From the NCBI GenBank assembly GCA_038883795.1, contig JAVZLK010000045.1, forward strand, positions 1 to 11,006: a DNA stretch of 11,006 nucleotides. Reading direction: 5' to 3'. The DNA comes from Candidatus Bathyarchaeia archaeon (GTDB lineage Archaea > Thermoproteota > Bathyarchaeia > Bathyarchaeales > Bathycorpusculaceae). Position 1 is the stretch's first letter, and every line of letters starts with the position of its first letter. A model generated the notes under the pieces. It ran no database searches. It was not told the DNA's origin and saw nothing but the letters and a program-made list of their open reading frames with translations. A program made the position numbers and the translations under genes. Shown piece by piece: positions 1 through 8,777 of the stretch.

Positions 1-379
1 CATAACCATAACAAAAATCGAGTTCCAACTAAAACAAGAATGGTTTACACTTCAAGAACCTCTTCCCAAACAAGCTTCAAGAGGCATGGAAACCATAGGA
101 ACAGCCACAATCCAAGCGCAATTAAAAACTCCCGAAAACGTGCAAGGCTACTACAGCATACCCTTCATCGTAACCGCCACTACGCCTCAAGACCTAACAA
201 TAACAACTGCGTCATACATAACATTCACCATAACCGCAACACCACAAACATCAGAAACAACCCTAACAGCAGGAGGATTCATAGAAACCATACAACGCCT
301 ACTAGGCAACCCAATACTGCTACTGCTCCTTATAGCCTTAATAATATGGCTAGCAAGCTACTCACTCAAAAAACACTAA
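1..379 (+). CDS. 3' end of a membrane-anchored protein (beta-rich ectodomain, Thr-rich linker, C-terminal TM helix); 5'-truncated by the window edge
   Basis: The frame of ORF 86..379 is open back to position 2 (ITITKIEFQLKQEWFTLQEPLPKQASRG-METIG...). It ends in hydrophobic ILLLLLIALIIWLASY followed by KKH and TAA. Confidence 0.8.
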   Translation, partial: ITITKIEFQLKQEWFTLQEPLPKQASRGMETIGTATIQAQLKTPENVQGYYSIPFIVTATTPQDLTITTASYITFTITATPQTSETTLTAGGFIETIQRLLGNPILLLLLIALIIWLASYSLKKH

Positions 380-396
380 CTTTGCAAATAACTCAT

Positions 397-424
397 TATT
401 CCGTTAAACGTTACTAACAGAATA
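397..424 (-). repeat. dif/Xer-like recombination site A (11-6-11)
   Basis: + strand TATTCCGTTAA-acgtta-CTAACAGAATA; near-perfect inverted arms; intergenic; matches four other copies. Confidence 0.85.
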
Positions 425-458
425 GCGAGATGAAGATGGGCAATGAAAATAATGCGCC

Positions 459-908
459 TTAGCGAAGTGGACCAAGCCACCATTCGGGCCAGTGAAATTT
501 CTGTTTATTATAAATTTTTTCTCCATATACAATGAGCACGGGAACGATATCGTCGAATTGAATTCCTTCATTGTTTAATGCTTGCTCGAAACATTTAACT
601 TCTTGGTCGAGTTGATTCCAATTTGGTTTGGCATGCTTTACTTCAACCGGGTAATAGACATTGCCCTTGCGGAATAGTAAATCAAGCCTATGAGGTTGCC
701 CCTTTTTCAGCCACGGATGATATAGTTCTCCAACCCCCAAGAGTTCCAAGTTTGGCTCTATCTTATCGGGGTGCTTCACCAAATACGTCCATACTAGAGG
801 CTCTCCCCATTTTTCAGCTACTTTGTAAAATAATCCCAGTTCTTCCTTGATATCCTTCTCAGGGATCTCTATCAATAGCGCATACTTTTTATCCAAAAGA
901 TAATGCAC
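459..908 (-). CDS. Small PD-(D/E)xK-superfamily nuclease (restriction endonuclease-like fold), 149 aa
   Basis: Motif pattern E..LWTYL / E-Y / RLDLLF...YPVEVK...QL..E; purine-rich GAGGAAGG directly before the GTG start. Confidence 0.75.
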   Translation of the reverse strand: MHYLLDKKYALLIEIPEKDIKEELGLFYKVAEKWGEPLVWTYLVKHPDKIEPNLELLGVGELYHPWLKKGQPHRLDLLFRKGNVYYPVEVKHAKPNWNQLDQEVKCFEQALNNEGIQFDDIVPVLIVYGEKIYNKQKFHWPEWWLGPLR

Positions 909-944
909 CCTTCCTCTAATTCAATAAATCTTTTTGTTATATTG

Positions 945-972
945 TTTTCTGTTAATGTCTCCTAAAAGAACT
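945..972 (-). repeat. dif/Xer-like recombination site B
   Basis: + strand TTTTCTGTTAA-tgtctc-CTAAAAGAACT; reverse complement is AGTTCTTTTAG-gagaca-TTAACAGAAAA. Confidence 0.8.
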
Positions 973-1077
973 TCATTGGAAAATGGTTACTAATAAACTG
1001 TTGGTGCTTCCAGTTTTCTGATGATGTGAAAATTTTAATAGGTTCATTTTGTTTTCAATTTTAGGGATGTATAAGGA

Positions 1078-1515
1078 TTGAAGCCGAGGGCAGTATTCTT
1101 CGATGGCATGTTGTTTTTATTATGGGTTTTGATATGCTTTTTTGATTCAACAATCGTTAGTTTTAATGTAATTCTCAGCGGTCTTGGAGTGATTTTCGGT
1201 TTGGGTTTAGGAGTTGTGATTGTATGGAGGCAAACTCGTTGTCTTGAAATTAATGGCGAATTCAAGGCGACTCTTAAAACTTTGATGCTGACTTTACTCG
1301 TTGGTGTGCCCATGGTGCTTTGTTTAGTTTTCCTGCTCTTCAGTTTCGGTCCAGCAGTGGGAGTGCCTATGGTTAGTTTTCTTCTTCCGGCGGTTCCTAC
1401 TGCCTATGCAGCTAAAATAATTTTCTTCTTGAATTGGGAGAGAAAAAATAAAAAGCTAATACTTTATGACTTTCGTTACCTCAACCGAATTTACGCTACC
1501 CAAAAAGATACTTGA
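1078..1515 (+). CDS. Hypothetical integral membrane protein with about 4 TM helices, 145 aa
   Basis: Four hydrophobic segments and a basic C-terminal tail (WERKNKKLI); fills the interval between sites B and C; TTG start is uncertain. Confidence 0.75.
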   Translation: MKPRAVFFDGMLFLLWVLICFFDSTIVSFNVILSGLGVIFGLGLGVVIVWRQTRCLEINGEFKATLKTLMLTLLVGVPMVLCLVFLLFSFGPAVGVPMVSFLLPAVPTAYAAKIIFFLNWERKNKKLILYDFRYLNRIYATQKDT

Positions 1516-1554
1516 AAGGGAAAATGTCCAAAATACCGCAAGAAATCTTGGATG

Positions 1555-1582
1555 ACTTCTCTTAGTCATCGTTAACAGAATA
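1555..1582 (+). repeat. dif/Xer-like recombination site C
   Basis: ACTTCTCTTAG-tcatcg-TTAACAGAATA, located between convergent genes. Confidence 0.85.
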
Positions 1583-1659
1583 CGAAGATGCTGTGGTAAG
1601 AAAGCCCAAAAATGTTTTAATTCTATGAAATGGAGGGAAGAGAAGGTTGAAGTGGGTTT

Positions 1660-4017
1660 TCACTGTTTGAGCATGTTGCATCCTTCGATTACGAAGATGT
1701 AGTTTTTTATTTTGCTGATTGGGTATGGCGCCATGAATGTTAGGTCTATGGTTTCTAGAAGTAGCATTTGCGTTTTATAGTCATCGCTTAATAGTAGTTG
1801 TGGCAGAACGTTTCCAAGCCTGCTATGTTCAGCCTTTAGAAGCGCGCATAAGTGGCTTTTTCCTTGGCTGTCAACAGCGTAAAGCCTCACTTGATCTATG
1901 AATGATTCTGAAAAGTTTAGCCCAGGCCAGCCTTCTACGAGTATGAAGCGAGCTTTATAGTTGGCTATACCCACATATTCTTTTTGTATCTGCACATGCC
2001 TTACCACGTCCTGATTAGTATCTGTGTGAATGTTTATGACGTGGAAGCTTATGTAAGTGCTACCGTTTCATATGAGCAGGGTTGGACAAGGAAATGTTTC
2101 GCCATCGCCTGTAGCATTAGTGAAGTAAGCTGTTAACGAGAGCGGGGCGTCCATCAGCACGCTTATCGGATTTACAAAATGAACTGCCCCGTCCAAGGTC
2201 CAGTGAGTGAAGATGAAGCCTTCTGATGCCACTGCTGTTACCGTTATATTGCTTCCCTCAACATGTTCATATGTTCCAGGCGTTGGATAGGTTGTTCCAC
2301 CACCATACGGTATTGAGACAGCATATATAGTGAGGTTGTAGTATGCTTTATAACGTGCCTCTATGTTTAAGTCGCATGTTAGCTGTATTGTTTTTGGATT
2401 GTCAGCGGAACCCTCTGCCCATTGGTCAAACTTGTATTTTATGGAGTTTATATAAACTGGAGATTGAACCTTGATTGTGTGTGTTCCCTCCGGCAGGATT
2501 AAGGAGAGTATCGGCGTGGAGTACTCGTTGCTATCTATCCAAACTTTAACGCCTGCTACTTCTCCTAATTTACTAAAACTAGTATGGATATCCATGTAGT
2601 GTGCACCCGTATACATATTCAAAGTTACTGATGTAGAAACGGTATAACCTTCAAGCCTGTCAAAATCGTAGTATAATGCCTCAGCCGTTATGGTTAGAAC
2701 ATGATCTGCGTTGTTTGAATCCATAAATGACCACTCAAACGTGCTGGCTAACGAGGCATCAAACGGCTCCCCTTGGACTTCCTGCCCACCTCCAGGTTCT
2801 TCGGCTTTACATATTGCGTAGACGAAGGATTCATTGTCTTCTGTTCCAGCCGCTTTATAGCGTTGTGTGGCGTTTGAGAATTTGGCCGATGCATAAGCCG
2901 CTGTAACATCATAAAGAACGAGTAGACCCCCTATAACCATCCCTGCACCTGACATTATTACACCAGCCCATTCAGCCCTAGAGATCAATACTTCTGCGGC
3001 GCCTTTTACACAAGTAGCCCAAAAATCTCCATAAGGATTTTCGGTGCTAAGTAGTTCAACGTTGTATCCGCTAATATATGAAATTAGTGGGTCCACCTTT
3101 GCTTTATTATCGTTTTTTGTTAATTTTATTTTTAGTTCTATCAATCTGCTTCCTTCATTTTGAGGGTATACGCCAAAATAACCGCTATTCTTGATTTCGC
3201 CGCTGTTTAAGCTGATGGAGTAACCTTGTAAGCCTAGCTGGTTTTCTACACCTATTGATGTTGGCAAGTCCTTGGTTATGCTTTTGTATTGAAAGAAGAT
3301 TTTATTATGGAAAACATCGCTACCCCATCCTCGTCTCTCTTGTATGAGCAATTGGAAGGTCTGTGGATTGCCGTTGGCATCTAGAACATTGTTCCAGCTC
3401 ACCACAAAATAATAATTACCATCCTCGCCGTTGAAGATTTTCTTGCCATACGTTATTGAGCCGCCATGATTGGGCTTTAAGTCTCTCCAAAAAGGCGCAA
3501 TCACCGCATTTGGGGTGCTGTTGCTGGGGATGGATTGCGGATTAGCCTCAGCAGATTCGGATGTTAAACTTATGAAGCCATTGCTGCAAACCCATATGCG
3601 CCAATACTCCACGCCATAAAAGAGGAACGGAAAGCCTAGCTCAAGCCACACGCCCGCATCATCACCAGTTATGCCCGTCAGATTAGAAACTTCAAGCTAC
3701 TCAAAACCATGAACAGGAGGATTCCAAACATAGTCAATACCTCTACGAGTATTAGCAGAAACACAAACTTTTAAGCTCAAATGGTCTGCATTATAGGCAG
3801 GATCATTTTCGCTATATTTGCCAACTGTGACACCAATTGCTACTGCAGCCTCACCATCTGTAGAGGCTCTTTCAATAGTTTCATTAAACATTCTATCAGT
3901 TGACGGTCTGGGCTTTGACCAATCATAGTTTTCAGCATATGCCGGTAAAATGATAAACAGCGCTTGCAGCGCCAACAAAATAATTAACGTACTGCCTACA
4001 AGGCGCCTTGTTTTCAT
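1660..4017 (-). pseudogene. Large secreted/surface protein (785 codons in one frame) interrupted by in-frame TAG (3697-3699) and TGA (2068-2070). Signal peptide, nidogen/NIDO-like domain, hydrophobic hairpin, PEGA-like and divergent InlB B-repeat-like domains, CPTL..WNG C-terminal domain
   Basis: ORFs 3697..4017, 2068..3651 and 1660..2007 share one frame. The gaps translate cleanly: GFE*LEVSNLTGITGDDAGVWLELGFPFLFYG and CPTLLI*NGSTYISFHVINIH. NIDO-like motifs: DD...LGFPFLFYG, VCSNGFISL, IAPFWRDL, TFQ. B-repeat-like motif: GGTTYPTPG...VTAVASEGFIFTHW. Confidence 0.8.
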
Positions 4018-4991
4018 GGATATGCCACCGGGGGTTCAAGCTTCCTATAACTTACATGGAAAATTATGTCTTCATCGACGTTTACGGTTATGTTTGGTGT
4101 TAGGAAATTTGCTTCTGATTTGTAGAATACCCCGTCAAATTGGTATGTTGTAGAATTCAATTCTAATTGGGGTGGGAAGCTTATTTGATGCACTCCCTCT
4201 CTAACGAATATGATGATAGGAGTTTCATAGGTTACATGATCAACTGAAACATTAACACTGACAGAACGACCCTCACCCACAATCACTGCATCATTAAACG
4301 TAAGAATATGATAACCAGCATAGAAAATAAGACGGAAAGGCTGAATCAAGTTCTTATAAACAGATCCGTTGTAGTACACGATTTCGCATGTAATCTCCCT
4401 TTGATGAGTTTTATTATTCTGTGTGAAAAGTTCCCATTCAAATGAGCCTTTAAAATAACACCAGCTAGGGTTATTGGTGCCGGCTAAACTGATGTGGGCA
4501 GTTTTGCCGAAGCCAAAACTTGTCTTGGACAGATTCTCTAAATCAAACTCCGTTAGGAGCCAATCTACTTTAGATTTTTCGCTATCGTTCTTTACGTTAA
4601 AGTAAATGTTCTCAATGCGAGCATTTTTGCCGAACACTGCGACATTAATTTTAATGATCAGAGAAATTATATCAGCATAGTTATAAGCGACATCATCGTT
4701 ACTATAGGTTCCAATTGTTAGGCTAAATGAGGATAAGCATTCGGCATCAGAATATGTATTGCTTAGCAAGTCATCAATATAGTAAAAGCTACTGGTTGGT
4801 CTTGGGAATGACCATTCTTTTATTGGCAGTTCTTTTGTTTCGGCTATTGTTATTGGTTCTTTTATTATTCCTGTCAGTTTGAATGTTGTTAGTAGGCTTA
4901 ATGGCACTATTATTGATAGCAGAAAGGCTGTTTTCCAGCTTTTCAGACCGTTCATCTGCAAAGCCAGTTTCTCCAAAACTTTGAAGTTCAA
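4014..4991 (-). CDS. N-terminally membrane-anchored beta-rich protein, 325 aa; paralog of the downstream surface protein
   Basis: N-terminal TM segment (AFLLSIIVPLSLLTTF); its stop overlaps the next start (ATGA at 4017-4014); collinear motif similarity to 1660..4017. Start is TTG 4991 or ATG 4955. Confidence 0.85.
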   Translation of the reverse strand: MNFKVLEKLALQMNGLKSWKTAFLLSIIVPLSLLTTFKLTGIIKEPITIAETKELPIKEWSFPRPTSSFYYIDDLLSNTYSDAECLSSFSLTIGTYSNDDVAYNYADIISLIIKINVAVFGKNARIENIYFNVKNDSEKSKVDWLLTEFDLENLSKTSFGFGKTAHISLAGTNNPSWCYFKGSFEWELFTQNNKTHQREITCEIVYYNGSVYKNLIQPFRLIFYAGYHILTFNDAVIVGEGRSVSVNVSVDHVTYETPIIIFVREGVHQISFPPQLELNSTTYQFDGVFYKSEANFLTPNITVNVDEDIIFHVSYRKLEPPVAYP

Positions 4992-5013
4992 CTAATAATT
5001 ATATCGCAATTCA

Positions 5014-5027
5014 TTTTTAAGGCTTTT
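5014..5027 (-). promoter_or_regulatory. Putative archaeal BRE/TATA promoter for the surface-protein pair
   Basis: Minus strand AAAAGCC-TTAAAAA about 25 nt upstream of TTG 4991, consistent with a leaderless transcript. Confidence 0.5.
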
Positions 5028-5061
5028 GTATTTGTCCTCTAGAATAATCATGAGCTACCCT

Positions 5062-5642
5062 TTAAGCGTTCAAAATTGTCACCGTCTCTATAACCGCTGC
5101 AAAAAAGAGAAGCAAAGCGATAAATCCGTAAAATCTCAAACACTCTTTTAGCCCCTTTTGAAAGCTTCAAACTTAGATAACCCACCCCCATATGCCCGCC
5201 TTGGATTAAGCCAAGAAAACCCAACAACAGTTCCAGCCAGAGCAGCAATCACATACGCTTCACCCTCAAGAAAAATTACTGGCAGAGCAAACAAAAATAA
5301 AGAATTAGGCATGGCATAAACAAGTAAACCCCACAAAAAAGCCCTAAACAAAAGTGACACAGCAGATAACGGGAAAAACACAAAGCCTGGCAAAGTTATC
5401 ACAACGAAAGCTGCAACAGCCAAATTAAACAAGAAAACCACAAACAGCGAAAAAACCCCAAAACGAGCAACAACCCCTGTAATGTCAAGCGTCCAGCCCG
5501 TAAAAACCGCAGAAAAAAACATGAAATGCGCATATGCAGCCACTGCAAAAATACAGCTGAAGAACAGCAAATTAAACAAAATAAATAGTTTCCTTCTAAC
5601 AAAAAACATCTCTAAAACACAATCGAAAGAGTCTCCAAGCAT
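5062..5642 (-). pseudogene. Stage II sporulation protein M (SpoIIM/DUF95)-like membrane protein with a 1-bp deletion near 5152-5155 (about 193 aa if repaired)
   Basis: Multi-TM protein with FLFNL..A, LPG and LP...LEGEAYVIAALAG motifs. After ...FKRG the shifted frame gives LKECLRFYGFIALLLFFAAVIETVTILNA*, supplying the family-like final LL..AA.IE helix. Confidence 0.75.
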
Positions 5643-5676
5643 GTAGTTTTACCTAAAGAAATAAAAATGCAAGCAA

Positions 5677-5688
5677 CATAAAAGCTTA
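5677..5688 (-). promoter_or_regulatory. Putative TATA box for the SpoIIM-like gene
   Basis: Minus strand TAAGCTTTTATG about 36 nt upstream of ATG 5642. Confidence 0.4.
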
Positions 5689-5695
5689 ACCTAAT

Positions 5696-5723
5696 ATTTC
5701 TGTTAGTCGCTGTTAACAGAAAA
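5696..5723 (+). repeat. dif/Xer-like recombination site D
   Basis: ATTTCTGTTAG-tcgctg-TTAACAGAAAA; 9-bp perfect inverted core TTTCTGTTA/TAACAGAAA; located between divergent genes. Confidence 0.88.
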
Positions 5724-5739
5724 GGTAGTTTATATATAA
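5719..5739 (+). promoter_or_regulatory. Putative BRE/TATA promoter for the RM gene, abutting site D
   Basis: GAAAAGGTAG-TTTATATATAA; a GGTGG Shine-Dalgarno-like sequence lies at 5804-5808 before TTG 5814. Confidence 0.5.
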
Positions 5740-5813
5740 CCGAATTTCCGTGGGATAAACTTAAAACTAATGAGAAAAGTTCCTATTTATTGTTAGTTTG
5801 ATGGTGGTATTGG

Positions 5814-8763
5814 TTGTCGGGTAGAATTACGGAACGCACACTTTATCCTTTCATCGGCAAGGTTTTTGAGAGTTTAGGCTGGCGTTATTTTTCTGAAACC
5901 AGTTTAGATGAGCGCTTTCCTGATTTAGTTCTGGAAAGCGACGGCGCGAAGGTTATTTCTGAAGTTAAAATTGATTCTGAGATTCAGTTGACTAAGGCAA
6001 TTATTGATGCTGACCAAAAGGCACGGAGACTCGGAACTCGTAATGCCGTTGCCCTGCTCTTTCCGAGCTATGTGCGTGGTATCCCTTTAAGCGAGTTAGA
6101 GCGAAACTATCCTCGCATGAAAGTTTCTGCTTTGGTTTTGACGGATTGGCTTGCTGAAAGAAAAGAATTAACTCTTGAAGATTTAGCAGAAGCGTTTACA
6201 ACATCCTTCAAGGATTGGCTTGAAACTAAGAAGACCAGGGTTAGTTATGATTTGGTTGTCGATGTTGCGCGCGATTCTATTCGAGAAATTGCTGGCTATT
6301 TGCGACAAGGTCTCTCCCAAAAACCTGTTTTTGACAGTGCAATGGCTGTTGTGGGACGTTTTGACATTTACAAGAGTCTGCTTGAAGATTTTTCTGGTGT
6401 AAAAGAGGATGAAGCAAAATTATACATTGCGGATATAACGGCATACATTTTAGTAAATCAGCTTCTCTTTTACCACATCGTATCAGAAAAGCTTGGATAC
6501 GATAAGCTGCCTGATGTTGACCCGTTAAATCCACCAAAGGATTTCCTCGACATTTTGGATGAAACTTTCAAGAGGGCCAGGGAGACTTATCCGCATATTC
6601 TTGGTTTCGATTTATTTCCTGTTCTCCAGGGCGATTATAGGATCGTTTATTCCATTGCAAGAATATTGTCAACTTTGAAGGCACTTCGTCCACAGCATAT
6701 CCGAGAGGACCTTTTTGGCAGACTTTACCATGAAACTATCCCACCTGAGACTAGAAAGAATCTTGGCGCTTTTTACACCAAACCTGAAGCTGCAAAGCTT
6801 TTGGCTGCGCTTGCCATCGACTGGTGGTATGCAAAAGTTCTTGATCTTGCGTGCGGTTCTGGAACACTTTTTAGTAGAGGCTTATCATCGAAAGGCGCAA
6901 TTAGCCCCACCTATGACCCGCGAAGAGCTACATAAACGCTTAATCAATGAGATTTACGGAATTGACGTTATGCACTTCGCATTTCACATGACCTCCATGA
7001 ACCTAACAGCTCAAGATATAGATGTCCCTCTGAAGCCTCATGTAATGAGCCAAGATGGAATAAAGGTGATGATTCAATCAGCCCAAGAAAGTCAAAGTGC
7101 CAATGACCCACCAAAAAGGGCTGAACAGTCAATTGCTAAATGGTTAGAAATAATGAAAGAAGAAAGGATACCGAAAGATTTTGATGTCGTTATCATGAAT
7201 CCGCCTTTCACGAGACGGGAACGCATCCCTGCCAAAAAAGAAGATCTAGAGCAGCTGGTTCCAGAGGTTAAGGGGAAAACCGGATACTGGGCATACTTTG
7301 TAGTTGCGGCAGACAAACTGTTGAAGGAGGATGGTGTGCTTGCCATAGTTATACCCGAGGAATTCTTCGTTGGAAGATCCGCTCAAAGTATTAGAGAATA
7401 TCTTTTTGAAAGAGGATACACCATCAGACATATTTTGAGAAGCGCTGCAGAAGTTGCGTTCAGTGAATCAGCACATTATCGGGATTATTTGATCATATTG
7501 CAAAAAGGTTCAAAAGATAGGCCACTTGTTCTTTCCGTCTTGAAGAAGAAACTAGATGACATACGTGAAAAAGTCGATACATTAGCACTCAAAATCCGAG
7601 AATTTGAAACCTCTCCTGATAAGAGGCTGAATCTAGAGGAAATAGTTTCGCTTAAAATATCTAAAGCAAATGACTTTGTGAGGCGGCATATTGGCAATTT
7701 AAAGCCCCTTGTAGGATTCAACTCGGCGAAAGCATATGCTCTCGTTTTAGAATTATTGGATCAATTGAAAGATAGCCCTACAATGGAAGATTTTGTAGAA
7801 AATAAAACAATCGAGGTTAAAGTCTACAATCCTGGGCAATTCACCATAAAAGGAGTTGAAAAGTTCGCCCGCAAACTCTTCATAAGCAGATATGGCGCTA
7901 GAAGCCCTAACACAGTTTTCTTTCTAGATGGCATAAAAGATAGAACTGTATTTCTAAAAGTTAGAAAAACAAAAATGACCTTCGAAATTCCAGAGAGCGC
8001 TACAGTATTTTCGCTAAAAACCTATAGCAAAGTGAATCATATGGATATAACAGACGAGGAAGAACGCGCAATAATCGATGCTGAATCGATACCTCAGGAA
8101 ACGCTAAAATTGGCAAGTCTTCTTCCATTAAACAATGCAATTAGAGCGGCAAATGATGTATCCTCTGCATACAAAAATATTTCTGGTAACATTTTGTTGG
8201 TTAGAAAAGTAAGGTTAACATCACCAGATTTGTTTTGGACGGCCTTTTTGTCGAAAAATAAGATGCTAGGAACAACGTCAGCATTACTTAACATGAATAT
8301 AACAGATGCTACACTGGCGGTTCCATTAGTTCTATACCTTAACAGCACAATCACCTTCTTGCAACTAATCGCTTTTATGGCAGAAACAGAAGGCGCATGG
8401 GTTACATTCCATGGAAAACAGGTATGGAGCCATCTCTACATGCCAAAACTTGAAAAACTACAAAAAGCAATAAAGAAAGCACAGGAACTCTTTAAAAATA
8501 TTCGCAAAATTGATGCTAAACCTCTTTTCAGGCGTATCAAGGAGCATGACACTATCCAGAGAGCTATCGATGAGCCGGCGCTAGAAATGCTTGGGCTCGA
8601 GGAGTGGAAACCACGTCTAGATGAAATTTATGACGCCACAGCAAAAGAACTAGAAATCATGCACAAAATCCTAGAATCAACAGGAAAACCGTTCAAAAAA
8701 CCAAAAACAACAATAGAAAAGAAAGGAGAAGCTGAAACCATAACAAAATGGCTAGAGAAATAA
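5814..8763 (+). pseudogene. Type IIG-like fused restriction endonuclease / amino (N6-adenine) DNA methyltransferase, about 982 aa if repaired; +1 frameshift in a T5 run at 6868-6872
   Basis: N-terminal nuclease motif (TE...FPDLVL...SEVKID); RKNLGAFYTKP (motif X); VLDLACGSGTL (motif I); IYGID; FDVVIMNPPF (motif IV); LAIVIP. Removing one T joins ORFs 5814..6935 and 6715..8763 as GSGTLLVEAYHRK. Confidence 0.9.
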
Positions 8764-8777
8764 ATAATGAATCAACC

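Noticed and set aside
2068-2070. TGA recoded as Trp or selenocysteine
   Set aside because: TGA appears to be the true stop of genes ending at 1515, 1660 and 4014; there is no redox motif or recognisable SECIS.
3697-3699. Pyrrolysine (TAG) readthrough in the surface protein
   Set aside because: The same gene also has an in-frame TGA, both contexts fit Trp, and no pyl genes are in the window. The absence of genuine TAG terminators here is too small a sample to count.
4992-5061. Expected sixth dif-like site between the surface-protein pair and the SpoIIM-like gene; also searched 8806-9183 and 10645-10730
   Set aside because: No match to TTCT.TTAG-N6-TTA...GAA found by eye, only isolated partial half-sites elsewhere (e.g. 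TTATTGTTAG near 5788).
6715-6872. ORF-track N-terminus MADFTMKLSH... as the start of a separate gene
   Set aside because: It is the off-frame shadow of the MTase motif X/I region upstream of the frameshift.
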